Assembly: GCA_013416795.1 (NCBI GenBank)
Contig: RQSC01000978.1
Coordinates: forward strand, 1 to 34,355
DNA from: Prasinococcaceae sp. CCMP 1430
Lineage: Eukaryota; Plantae; Prasinodermophyta
Length of the DNA stretch: 34,355 nt
Direction of reading: 5' to 3'
Shown here: positions 9,470 through 19,454 of the stretch, one piece after another
How positions within the stretch are numbered: position 1 is the first letter of the stretch
How the letters are laid out: the number at the start of each line of letters is the position of its first letter
Program-made: the position numbers and the translations under genes
The notes under the pieces: generated by a model
Told to the model about the DNA's origin: nothing
Database searches by the model: none
What the model saw: only the letters and a program-made list of their open reading frames with translations

Positions 9470-11492
9470 CCTGCGAGGTAGCGGCAGGCGATGCGCCATC
9501 ACTGGTGGCGAGCTTGGCCATCTCAACTGTCAGATTTGACACCTTCGGGGCCTGCTTCTTGGTGCCACCACTGCCACGGCCCCGCCCACCGCGCGTGCCT
9601 CGCTTGGTAGACTTGCCAGAAGCTTCTGGTGTTGCAGATTCACTCTTGGGGGCAGCCTCCACATCTGGCGCCGATATCTGCTCCGCATCGTCTGTGCCTG
9701 GCTTTGTTTGTTGCGCGTGCTTCTGCTTGTCCTGCTGCTGCTGCTGCTTCTGTTGCTGCTGCTTGGACTTGCCTTGCTGCTGCTGCTTGGCATTCTGCTG
9801 CTGCTTGGCCTGCTGCTGCTTGCCCTGCTGCTGCTTGGCCTGCTGCTGCTTGGCCTGCTGCTGCTTGGCTTGTTGCTGCTTCCCCTGCTGCTGCTTCGCC
9901 TGCTGCTGCTTGCCCTGCTGCTGCTGCTGCTTACCACGCTGTTGCGGCTTCTCGGGCGCGTCCCCCTTCGCGCCCTCCTTTGCACCAGCCTGCCCTTGGG
10001 GGCGCCGCAGGAGCTTGGGTGGGCTCGCCGGCACGGATGCCTGGGCATGCGGTGGCGGCCCAGGCGGCAATGGCGGCGGCGGTGCGGCGAACGCTGCTGG
10101 CGCTGCGCCTTCGCCAGCTCGCATGCCCTGCTGCTCCGCGGACTTTGGCGGAGGTGTCGGCGGCAGCGGCGGCTGCGCTACGTGCGGGCGCAAGTTGTTG
10201 TAGCCGTACCCGCCTCGCATGTTGGGGGGAGGGCCGCCGTAGCCCCCACCGTACGGCATCGGTGGGGGCGGCATGGTGCCACGGCCGTATGGTATGGCCT
10301 GAGGCCCACTGTACGGGTAAGATGGCACCCCCGGATGCACCATGCCCCCATAGCCGTGGGCCTGCAATGGCACTCCGCGAGGGGCTCCGTCTCCGTGTGG
10401 CGGTGGCACGTCCTGGGGCAGCTGCGGTGGCACTGGTGCCGGGTTTTCGCTCTGGTGCTGATGAGTTTGCTGAGGAGGGGGCGGCGGAGGCCCGTCGCGA
10501 GAGGGCGGAGGCGGCGGCACGTCGCGTGCGGGTGGTGGTGGTGGTCCGTTGCGCTGAGACAAGCCGCCGCGCGAGGCCGGTGGCTGCGGAGCGTCATTCG
10601 CAGGATATCCCCCCGGTCCATTGTTGCTCCCTCGGTCGTAGCGATGATTGCCTCCACCGTAGCGATCGCCGCCACCTGAGCCGTAGCCCCCGCCGTAGCG
10701 GTCACCTCCTCCACCATAGCGACCCTGCCCCCCGCCGAACCTCTCGCCACTGCCACCGGGGTAGCGATCGCCGCCCCCGCTGTACCGGTCGCGGTAGCCC
10801 CCTCCGCCGCCACCGCCGCCATACCTGTCGTTTCCACCGCCATAGCGATCACCGTCGCCGCCGTAGCGATGTGGTGGACCGCCGCCTCTGGGATCGCCAC
10901 CATATCTGTCGTACCCTCCTCCAGGACCGCCGCGCACATCGCCGCCGTATCCACCGCCGTCGAAGCGATGATCGCGCTGGTATCCACCGTGCCCACGCTG
11001 CCTGCCTCCCTGCTGCTGCGACATCCGAGTGGAGTGTGGCTGCGGGGCAGCCATTGCCTTGGCCTGTTCCTCCTTGCGCTGCTCCGGCGTGCCCGCGCCG
11101 CCCCATGCCAAAGCCGGCGCCGGTGCCGGCGCAGCTGCAGGTGCTTGTTGGGACCGGCTGTCGGGTCCAGGCTGCCCGCCGCCACCCCACGGCACTGACG
11201 TGATCGAGCCCCTGGGGACGATCTCAATGTTGGGATCGACGCCGTTGTTCTCACGTCTGAGCAACACGGACGCAAGATCATGCGCGCTGGGTCAGTGCGA
11301 GGAGCTGGGATTAGGCCCTAGAGTGTGATGAGCCCCGCGCGGCCCACGGCGGCAGACACAGACGCTGCGCGGCGGCGTGGCGGCACGGCCTAGCACGCGC
11401 CCAACGCACCTCTCGCTCGCGGTGTTCACAGGCTTGGGCGCGAGCACCTTGCCCAGCGAGACCATTCTCCGGCCAGGCCGCCTGAACGGCAT
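8967..11492 (-). CDS. MOS1/PRRC2-like (BAT2 N-terminal motif) low-complexity protein, about 790 aa. Exon 1 11492-11410, intron 11409-11257, exon 2 11256-8967
   Basis: The spliced N-terminus MVSLGKVLAPKPVNTASER|RENNGVDPNIEIVPRGSITSVPWG resembles the plant MODIFIER OF SNC1,1 N-terminus (LGKVAVPKPINLPSQRLENxGLDPNVEIVPKG, from memory). The intron is AG|GTGCGT...CTGAC...CTCAG|A, phase 2. The remainder is GYDR/GG-rich, Pro-rich and Gln/Lys-rich. Confidence 0.8.
9431..9468 (-). repeat. Pure CAG trinucleotide run encoding poly-Gln
   Basis: About 12 consecutive ctg units on the plus strand. Confidence 0.9.
9720..9935 (-). repeat. Coding minisatellite, about 15-nt period, encoding KQQQ(A/G) units
   Basis: Translation KQQQQQGKQQQAKQQQGKQQQAKQQQAKQQQAKQQQGKQQQAKQQQNAKQQQQGK; plus-strand unit cttggcctgctgctg / cttgccctgctgctg. 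Confidence 0.85.
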
Positions 11493-12570
11493 GCGTGACG
11501 CCCGCGCAACCGCAACCGCGACAAGTCAGCACAGGATGGCGCAAGAGAGAGGGAGAGAGGGAGAAAGAGAGTGAGCATGCACTCGGGCTGAGCTCTCACA
11601 TGAACGCCGTGCGCGGGCGACGCATCGATTGTCATGTCGTCCCAATCCGCGCGATCGCAGCAGCCGCGGCCTCCAGAGGCCCATCGCGCGCCGCCGCCAG
11701 CCGCGCGCGCCGCCGATCGCGCGGGGCGTGAAGCCGGCGAAGCGTGAGGACGTCCAGCAGTCGAAGCCGCGCGAGAGTATTGGAGCGCGAGCGCGCGAGC
11801 GCCGCGCGCGCGCTCACCCGGGCGTCGCCATCGCGCCTCGCCGGAGGAGATCCTCCCACCTGTCGTCTGCCCCACGCTCACGGGCGAAGTTGCAACTGCT
11901 CAGGGGACGGAGAGGGACGGAGAAGGAGGGTGGGGTGGGTGGGGGTGGGGGGGAAGGCAGGCAGGCGCCACGCGGCGCGCGCGCGCGCGCGCTGTGGCGG
12001 CGCCGAACCTAACCGCGCGCTGATCACCTCGCCACGCATCGTCGCCTCCTTTAGGATCAGGTTTCAATAAAGGGTTTACAAAAATCGCTCATCACGCCTG
12101 CGCGTTGATCAGTTTTTTCCGCGCGCGAATTTGAATCGCGCGCAAACCGCGCCGTCGCGCGGTCTGATGGCGGAAGAGCATGTGCGCGCGCGCGCGATCA
12201 ACAGTGGAGCGGCGCAGAGTCGGCGTCGAATTGAGGAGCTCGGAGTTGGCTCCTATTTCAAGGGGAGACGTGAGGCGAAGAGGCGGGGCTCCAGAGCGCG
12301 CGCGAGAGCGCGGGGGTCGGGGCCTCCCCACCCCCATCCCCCCAACCCCGCACCCTTGCTCCCTGGTTTGCCGCCGGGGCGGCGCGTCGCTGCCGCGGGT
12401 GGGAGGCGGGCCAGCCTCCCTGTTCCCGCGCCGCGCCGGGGCGCGGCGCGGGCCGCCAGCACCGCCGCGGCGGCGCGGCTGGCCGCGGCAGGGGAAGGGG
12501 AAGGCCACCGCCGCCAGCGGCCACGCAGCCAGCCTCGGCGGGCACCGGCACCGGCGGTGCGCCCTCGACG

Positions 12571-15500
12571 GTGGAGGAGATGCTCGCCGCGCGCCGAAAG
12601 CAGCCGGCACAACAGGGCCAGGCGTCGCGAGGCGCGGCCTTCGCTGGATACGCTGCCGCCGTGCGCGGTGGCGGCTCGCAGGACGCGCGCGTCGCGGACG
12701 GTGCGCTCGGCGGCAGGTCGGGCGGGGGGGCGAAGAAGCGCTCGCCGTCTCCGCAGCGGCAGCAGCAGCAGGCGCAACAGGCACCCGGTGGGGGCTTCGG
12801 AGGCTTCGGAGGCGCCGCCCAAGCCGCGGGATCGAGCGCCTTCGGTGGGGGATTCGGAGGGGCGGGCGGCGGTTTCGGCTCCGCAACAGCCCCGTCGCCG
12901 GCGATGGCGGGAGGCTTCGGCTCTGCCGCATCCCAAGCCCCGCAGGCAACCGGCATCTTTGGCTCTGGAGCTGCGTCTCAACCGGCGGCAGGCGGCTTCG
13001 GGTCAGCCGCGGCCTCGTCCCCGCCGGTCGTAGGCGGCTTCGGGTCAGCCGCGGCCTCGTCTCCGCCGGCATCAGGCGGCTTTGGCTTCGCCGCGGCCTC
13101 GTCCCCGCCAGCACCAAGCGGCTTCGGCTCGGCCGTGGCCGAGGCACCGTCCGCGTCAGGGGGGTTTGGCGCTGAAGCGGTGGCAGGCGGTGGCTTCGGT
13201 AAGGCTCCCCCTGCCTCGCCGGCAACGGGCGGCTTTGGCGGCGGTGCTGCCAGCTTGGGCGGCTTTGGCGGCGGTGCTGCCAGCTTGGGCGGCTTTGGCG
13301 GCGGTGCTGCCAGCTTGGGCGGCTTCGGCGGCGCTGCAGCCGGCAGCGCGGGCGGCTTCGGAGGCGCTGCCGCCGGTAGCGGAGGTGGCTTCGGAGGCGC
13401 TGCCGCCGGTAGCGGAGGTGGCTTTGGCGGCGGCGGATTCGGAGGAGGAGGCAAGCAAAGCGCTGCGGGCGACTTCGGCGCCGGCGCACGCCTCGGAGGG
13501 CTCAGTGCCGATGCAACCGAGTTCGTCCCCAAGGGCGGCGCCGTCGCCAACAAGCGTACCCTCCCCGGCCGCCTTGGCGCCTCGCCTTCGCCGTCGCCGT
13601 CGCCGCCGAAGCAGCGGGGGCTTCCCGCGCGAATCAAGAAGTCGCTCGCGCCGGAGGAGGGCAGCCCGGGCTACGAGCCCCCGCACGATGGTTCCGCCCC
13701 TTCAGCCGAGAGAATGGCCATGCTTGCAAAGATCAAGCGCAAGCAGGAAGCCAAAGCGGAGGAGCTCGTTGCGCGCCGCACGGGTGCTCAGGGCTCAGCG
13801 CGCAAGCTCCCGCCGAGAACGAGCGGTGGTGGCGGCGGGTTCGACATGGAGGCCGAGAAGCGCAAGGCCCTAGCCAACATGCACGGCTTCGCGGGCGGCG
13901 GCGACGCCGCCGATGGTGCGGGCCCCGCGCCCTCCAGCGCGGGCGCGTCGCTGTCAGCGATGGATCTCCTCAAGCAGAAGATCGCGCGAGCTGAGGCCAA
14001 GGGGGCCAAGGCTAAGGCAGCCCAGCCGAAGCAGCGCAAGCAGGTCGGTGCGGCCACGGGCGGTGGCTTTGACATGGAGGCCGAGAGGCGCAAGGCGTTG
14101 GCAAACATGCATGGCTTTGCTGGCGAGGGCGGCGGCATCGGCGAGGCGTTCAAGCCGAAGAATGCGTCACCAGCAGTGCAGGCGAAGAAGGAGAGGGCCG
14201 CGACCAAGTCGAAGAGTGGCGGCTTTGACATGGAGGCCGAGAAGCGCAAAGCGCTGGCGGCCATGCATGGCTTCTCTGGAGATGGCGGAAGTGGCGGCGG
14301 CTTCAAGGGTGCGCCCAAGGCGTCGACCTCCAAGCCGAAGCCCCCGCCAGGATTGAAGACGACGGGGATAAAGGCCGCGGGGGGGCTGATGGACCCGGCG
14401 GCGAAGGATCGCCGCGCTGCGCGATTCGCTTCACCCTCAGATGCGCGACGTGGCGGCGCGGCGGTTGCGGACGCGGGCCCGCGTTCCGGAGGCGACGGCG
14501 GCAACGACGACGACGAGTGGGATCGCATGGCTGGTCATCACCTCGTTGGCACGTGCCAGACCATGTGCCCTCGCGACGAGATGCTGCGCCGCGAGGCTGA
14601 TAGCAACATCTTCCACTTCGAACGCGAGAATCCCATGCAGCACCCCTGGACGACCAATCACGATTTGGCGGTGAAGAAGTACACGCGCAGCGTGGAACTC
14701 TCGCTGCGGCCGTGCGACGTGCGCACGCTGCCTACTCTCGAGCGCACCATGCGGCACCTGATGACCATCGGCGACAAGAGCGACGATGAGCTGCTCGCTT
14801 ACGGTCCAAGCATATCCTTCATTGACACGCAGAAGTTCCTGTGGGACCGCATGCGCTCCATCCGACAGGACCTCAGCCTGCAGCACATGCTCGGCGCCGC
14901 CTGTCCGCGCGACAAGGCGCCGTCGGTCATACGCATGTTGGAGGAGATGGTGCGCTTCCACGTGCTGTGCGAGTACGAACTCTGCGACCGCGTGCAGCAC
15001 GTGGGCAACCCGCACGGGTACAACTCGCATCTGAACATCGAGCAGTTGTACAAGTGCCTGACGAGCCTGAGCGCAATGTACACTGAGGCATCCGCGGCTG
15101 GCGCACCCACACCCAACGAGGCGGAGATGCAAGGCTACTTTTTCTTGCTGCAGCTCGACACGCATGGCAAGTACCGCGCCAACATGCAGCAGGTCATGCT
15201 TCTGCTCGCAGGCATGCGCCCGGAGGTGCTGGCAGCTCCCGACATGCAGTTTGCGCTCAAGTGCTTGTCGGCCGTGCGCACGGGCAACTGGGTGGCCTTC
15301 TTTGGGCTGGTCAGGAAGGCGCGATACCTCCAGGCGTGCATCCTGCATAAGTACTTCGGCACGATGCGCAAGCGCGCGCTGCAGGTCGTCAATGAGACCG
15401 GGACGCGCCTTGGCCGCTATCTGCTCAGCGACCTGGCTGAACAGCTGCTCGTTGGTAGCAGTGGCGAAGGCGGCGTGACGATGGAGGAGCTGCTAGAGCG

Positions 15501-17121
15501 CGCCGGCCTCGCCGGCGGGGTAGCCCCCGCAAGCGGCAGCCAGGAGGCCGCACTGCGCTGCAGGGAGGTCGCGTACGTGGACGCCGACGAGCTCCCGTCG
15601 GTCCCGCACGAGCCCGTGGTGACCGCAAAGGCGGCGGGAGCGACGCGCAGCGAGATCTGCGCCGCGGGCGCGCCCGGGAGCGCTGAGGCGGCGGCGGCGG
15701 CGGCAGAGGCGGCCGCGGCCGCCGCTGACGCGGTGAGGCGCCGGCAGGCTGAACACATGAAGCGACAGATGGAGCTCGCGGCGGAACGCGAGCGCGCGGC
15801 GGCCGCTGCGGCCGAGGAGGCCGAGATCAAAGCGCGGGCGGCGCGCGAGCGCCAGCAGCGTGAGCAGCAGCGCGCACGCGAGCAGGAGCTGGAGCGCGTG
15901 CGCGCTGAGGCTAAGCGCGCGGCGGAGGCGGAGGCTAAGCGCGCGGAGGCGGAGCGTGCGGACGCCGAGGCCAAGCGCGCGGCGGCCGCCGCTGCTGGAC
16001 AGCGCAGGGCCGCCGCAGAGGCGGAGCGGCGTGCACGCGAGGCCCGTGAGGCTGCGGAGCGTGCCGCCGCCGCCGCTGCGGCCGCAGCCGCCGCGCGCGC
16101 AGAGGAGGCCCGCCGTGGCCTGATTCGTCTGCTCGGCCGCCGCTGGAAGCGTCATGCGGCGGCCGCCGCATCGGAGCGCCGCGCCATTGAAGTCCTACGC
16201 GCGTGCCTGCCCTGCACCGACTACGCCGACGGCTTCGACGCGCACACTCGCGTGGTGGCTCTCGCAGAGGTTGAGGCAGGCGCGTGCTGGGACGAGCGTG
16301 CCGCCGCCGCGATGCGGGGTATCGACTTTGTGAGTGGTGAGGTCGCCCTGGCGCGCGAGGCTGCCCGAAGGGCGGAGGCACAGGCGGAAGTCGAGGGCGA
16401 GCGTGCGGCGCGTGACGCCGAACGTGCGGCCCTCGACGCGGCGACGGGTGCAAGCGCGGCGCGCGAGCGCGCCGACACGAACATACGCGCGAGCATAGTC
16501 GGCGGGCCCCAGATCTCGCGCGATGCGCCGCTCGCGCTGGCGCCGCCGCCCCAGGTCGCTGCAGAGGGGCGCGCTCTCTCCGGGACTGCGGGGTTGCTCG
16601 CGGCCCCGCCCGTTTCCGCGCCGCCGACCCCTGAGCCGTCGGACTGGGGGGGCTTCCACCCGCGGAGCGCCGCTGAAGACGTGGGAGCGCACGCCACGAA
16701 CAAGCGCAAGGCCACGGAGGAGCCGCCGCTCACGCAGACCGAGCTCGAGGCGGCGCTCGCCGAGGCCGACAAGGAGAACGAGGCGCTCCGCACCGCTGCT
16801 TCCGAGGAGGTGCGCGCGGCTGCGGCGTTCGAAGCCGCGCTCGAGGCGGCGGCCGCCAGCCCCATGGTGGCAGCCGCTGCTCGGCCCCTGGGCGCGCGCC
16901 TGGCGGCCGCCAACGCGGGCGCGGGGAGGCGGCATCGACCGTCGAAGCAGCAGCGTGTGTGCGCGCCGGCCGCGCTTGGCTGGAGGGACGGGGCTGGCAA
17001 TGCAGAGATGGAGGCGGAGGCCTCGGAGGACGCCGAGGCTGTCATGCACGCCGAGGCCGCCGCTGCCTACGCCGAGGAAAGCCGCTTGGAAGGCATGCTA
17101 CGCACCGCGCTTTGGGGCTGA
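12571..17121 (+). CDS. SAC3/GANP family protein (TREX-2 scaffold-like), about 1500 aa; true start uncertain
   Basis: SAC3_GANP-like core VGTCQTMCPRDEMLRRE...AVKKYTRS...DVRTLPTL...FLWDRMRSIRQDLSLQH...MLEEMVRFH. The N-terminus has GGFG/FG repeats, and the C-terminus has an Ala/Glu/Arg helical region with LIRLLGRRWKR. The first in-frame ATG is at 12580, but the frame is open from 12274 (GRGRGRGRPPPP), so an upstream exon is possible. Confidence 0.88.
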   Translation: MEEMLAARRKQPAQQGQASRGAAFAGYAAAVRGGGSQDARVADGALGGRSGGGAKKRSPSPQRQQQQAQQAPGGGFGGFGGAAQAAGSSAFGGGFGGAGGGFGSATAPSPAMAGGFGSAASQAPQATGIFGSGAASQPAAGGFGSAAASSPPVVGGFGSAAASSPPASGGFGFAAASSPPAPSGFGSAVAEAPSASGGFGAEAVAGGGFGKAPPASPATGGFGGGAASLGGFGGGAASLGGFGGGAASLGGFGGAAAGSAGGFGGAAAGSGGGFGGAAAGSGGGFGGGGFGGGGKQSAAGDFGAGARLGGLSADATEFVPKGGAVANKRTLPGRLGASPSPSPSPPKQRGLPARIKKSLAPEEGSPGYEPPHDGSAPSAERMAMLAKIKRKQEAKAEELVARRTGAQGSARKLPPRTSGGGGGFDMEAEKRKALANMHGFAGGGDAADGAGPAPSSAGASLSAMDLLKQKIARAEAKGAKAKAAQPKQRKQVGAATGGGFDMEAERRKALANMHGFAGEGGGIGEAFKPKNASPAVQAKKERAATKSKSGGFDMEAEKRKALAAMHGFSGDGGSGGGFKGAPKASTSKPKPPPGLKTTGIKAAGGLMDPAAKDRRAARFASPSDARRGGAAVADAGPRSGGDGGNDDDEWDRMAGHHLVGTCQTMCPRDEMLRREADSNIFHFERENPMQHPWTTNHDLAVKKYTRSVELSLRPCDVRTLPTLERTMRHLMTIGDKSDDELLAYGPSISFIDTQKFLWDRMRSIRQDLSLQHMLGAACPRDKAPSVIRMLEEMVRFHVLCEYELCDRVQHVGNPHGYNSHLNIEQLYKCLTSLSAMYTEASAAGAPTPNEAEMQGYFFLLQLDTHGKYRANMQQVMLLLAGMRPEVLAAPDMQFALKCLSAVRTGNWVAFFGLVRKARYLQACILHKYFGTMRKRALQVVNETGTRLGRYLLSDLAEQLLVGSSGEGGVTMEELLERAGLAGGVAPASGSQEAALRCREVAYVDADELPSVPHEPVVTAKAAGATRSEICAAGAPGSAEAAAAAAEAAAAAADAVRRRQAEHMKRQMELAAERERAAAAAAEEAEIKARAARERQQREQQRAREQELERVRAEAKRAAEAEAKRAEAERADAEAKRAAAAAAGQRRAAAEAERRAREAREAAERAAAAAAAAAAARAEEARRGLIRLLGRRWKRHAAAAASERRAIEVLRACLPCTDYADGFDAHTRVVALAEVEAGACWDERAAAAMRGIDFVSGEVALAREAARRAEAQAEVEGERAARDAERAALDAATGASAARERADTNIRASIVGGPQISRDAPLALAPPPQVAAEGRALSGTAGLLAAPPVSAPPTPEPSDWGGFHPRSAAEDVGAHATNKRKATEEPPLTQTELEAALAEADKENEALRTAASEEVRAAAAFEAALEAAAASPMVAAAARPLGARLAAANAGAGRRHRPSKQQRVCAPAALGWRDGAGNAEMEAEASEDAEAVMHAEAAAAYAEESRLEGMLRTALWG
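13228..13317 (+). repeat. Perfect 3 x 30-nt tandem repeat encoding (GGFGGGAASL)3 within the FG-repeat region
   Basis: ggcggctttggcggcggtgctgccagcttg repeated three times. Confidence 0.9.
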
Positions 17122-17353
17122 TACGTCTTTCTGCCGCTGGCGTGGGTCTGTGCTTGTCGCTGCGCGTGTAGCTGGCTGGCTGGAGCCAGCTGGCTGGCGG
17201 CTGAGGGGCGGGCGCGTACAATGTTGTAAACTTACTTTGTGTAGTACTAATATATATTTTCGTATCGGACGCGCTCATGTTACCGTCGCCCGGCGGCGCT
17301 CGCCATGTCTGGTCTGCAAGGCTCAGTGCGTACTGCGTACTGTACTGCCTAGT

Positions 17354-18475
17354 CTACTCTTGAAAGACTGCAGGCCCCGCATTTGACGCCTCGTGATACT
17401 TTGAACGCATGAATTTGTGCTCCTGGCACACGGAGCAATGCCAGCACAACAGCTTGGTGAGCAGGTCGGACGAGCAGCAATTCTGGCTCGCTGGGATGCC
17501 GTATCGCGCACGCAGGCGGCGGCGGTGTCCGTATGTGTCAAAAGCGCGCCAACCAATCCGGATGCCATCGTAAATGCTCGCCAAGATCAACATTTTCGCC
17601 ACGTTCGTTGCAGGCTCGTGTGTAATGGCACACGGCAAACAGAGACTCCACCGAGACAGGCCAAAACACAAGAAACAGGGCATAAAAGGGAGAAAAGACA
17701 AGTCCTTCGCCGCAACACAGAAGATCGGCGTGAGCGCAAGGCAGGCGGGTACCGGCACGACGGAGAGGCTCAGGCAATAGCGCAGGCAACCTGGAAGGCA
17801 GATCCTCCCACAGCAGCCCCTGCATGGAGGCTCCGTGTGCTCCGCATGCATCAGCAATCGACAGGCCTCGTGCTCTGGTCTCATGGACGCCGCGTTGGCG
17901 GACAACGCGTCCAACGCTGCGTATACGTCACCTGAGGAGGGAGCCGGCCGCGGAAAGCGCCGCGTTAGACAACTTGAAGGGCACACAGATGCCCAACAAC
18001 GACGTGGTAGATGGTTGGTGGCAATTCGCGATCAGATATACTCACCTTGCGCACAGTGTGAGCAGAGGACATCGTATTCGCACAGTGTGTGCAAGCAGCG
18101 GCATTGAACGAGCGGCGGGAAGCGCTCAGGTGCGTCCACCTCCGCTGAGCCGCGCGACATGAGCTGCTGTACTGCTGGGGTTAGCTCGGGCGTTGCTGGT
18201 CCATCCGAAGAGCTCTCAGAATCTGACAGCGCCGTGTATTCCCGCCTGCGCCGACCCGCGGTGGCGTTGGCGGCCGACTGGCGCTCCTCAGAGGTGGTGG
18301 CGCTTTCGATCTTAGCGCGCGTGAGCGGTCCATCAGCGACTTCGCCATCGTCTGCAGCTTCTTCTGCGGCTGCTGTGGCGGCCGGTGGGACGGGTTCGCT
18401 GGAGGACAGCGGTGGCACCTCGTGACGGAGCAGCGGAAAACGCAGTTCCTCTTCATGCTCGGCTGGCTCGCTCAT
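17354..18475 (-). CDS. PLAC8-family Cys-rich protein with acidic N-terminal extension, about 335 aa. Exon 1 18475-18046, intron 18045-17932, exon 2 17931-17354
   Basis: The C-terminal CLPC...RRRLRARYGIP...CCSSDLLTKLLCWHCSVCQE is typical of PLAC8. The intron AAG|GTGAGT...CTAAC...CCTCAG|GT, phase 1, joins two ORF-track ORFs. Confidence 0.75.
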
Positions 18476-18866
18476 CCTGCGCGTCCCACCCGCCGCGCCC
18501 CAGGCCACTCGCGTCCACTCGGTGCGTATTGGCGCGCCCCGGCCCGCCCCGCCCCGCCCGCCCCACGCCCGCGCGCACGCGGCTGCGCAGCGCCGCGCCA
18601 CATGCTACCCCTGTGGCAACGTGGGTCCCACCTGTGGTGGCGGTCCCACGGTGCCAGGTGGCGACCGTTCTTGTCCAATAACGGCCACCTCGGGTGTGTA
18701 CTGCTGAGTCCAACGTGGCGTTCGTGGAAATGGATAGGATTTGGATTAGATTTGGGCGCGTGTGGAAAAGCACGCACGTGAAAATCGCAGTAGGCGAAAC
18801 GGGCGAAGAGAATGCCAGTGTGCCTCAGAAACGAAGTTACGCTCGCCGCTGCGCGGGCGCGCTCAC

Positions 18867-19454
18867 TCAAGTGACGACGATCCTGCCTGCAGCTTGGTCA
18901 GCCGAGGGCACATCCACCCTGTGAAGCTTTCCGCGCTCAACCAGCTCGTCTTCCGCCCGGTCCCAGTCGATATCTTCGGGCGACTCGTCTTCGGCCAGCT
19001 TGATGCGCACCGTCGCAGCCTCGCTGCACTGCGTGCAAGCGCGCGGGCGAGTGTGCGCGGGAGAGGGGCCCGAGTCAGGAAATGTGGCGCCTGAGGACTG
19101 ACCTGACACGTGGGGATCACGGCGCGCGGACGCGCCGACGCAAATGCGCGAGGAGGCGAAAGCAGGCAGGCGCGCGTTGCCTTCTTCGCTCACCATGGCG
19201 CTCAGAATCTTCATCGCCTGTACATGCGGCGTGGCGCGCACGTAGGCGCGCATGACGCCCTCGCTCTGCCACACGGTCAGCGTCTCGAAGGCCAGCCCAG
19301 GCCGTGCACGCAGGTCCACGCGGAGGTTCCCCCCGGCTGCGCGCGCCTGCCTCTCGGAGCGTATGGTGTGATACATGAAGCGCGGGAGCCACCACGCCGA
19401 GCGCAGGCGCAGCCGCGTCAGCACCGCCATGCGCGGCGCCGGCGCCGCCGCCAT
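18867..19454 (-). CDS. DUF3291-like / dimeric alpha-beta barrel (ABM-like) protein, about 140 aa. Exon 1 19454-19194, intron 19193-19029, exon 2 19028-18867
   Basis: Spliced product MAVLTRLRLRSAWWLPRFMYHTIRSERQARAAGGN...TLTVWQSEGVMRAYVRATPHVQAMKILSAM|CSEAATV...DWDRAEDELVERGK matches my recollection of bacterial DUF3291-type proteins. The intron is ATG|GTGAGC...CTGAC...GCAG|TGC. Confidence 0.65.
   Translation of the reverse strand: MAAAPAPRMAVLTRLRLRSAWWLPRFMYHTIRSERQARAAGGNLRVDLRARPGLAFETLTVWQSEGVMRAYVRATPHVQAMKILSAMVSEEGNARLPAFASSRICVGASARRDPHVSGQSSGATFPDSGPSPAHTRPRACTQCSEAATVRIKLAEDESPEDIDWDRAEDELVERGKLHRVDVPSADQAAGRIVVT

Noticed and set aside
12121-12143. Hairpin gcgcgcga-atttgaa-tcgcgcgc in the MOS1/SAC3 intergenic region
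   Set aside because: (GC)n runs are ubiquitous here, so such an 8-bp stem is expected by chance.
13228-13440. Direct repeats as a CRISPR-like array
   Set aside because: The repeats are contiguous, in-frame coding units without unique spacers, and there are no cas genes.
12092-13686. Overlapping Arg/Pro/Ala-rich ORFs in alternative frames over the FG region
   Set aside because: They are shadow frames of a repetitive GC-rich coding sequence.
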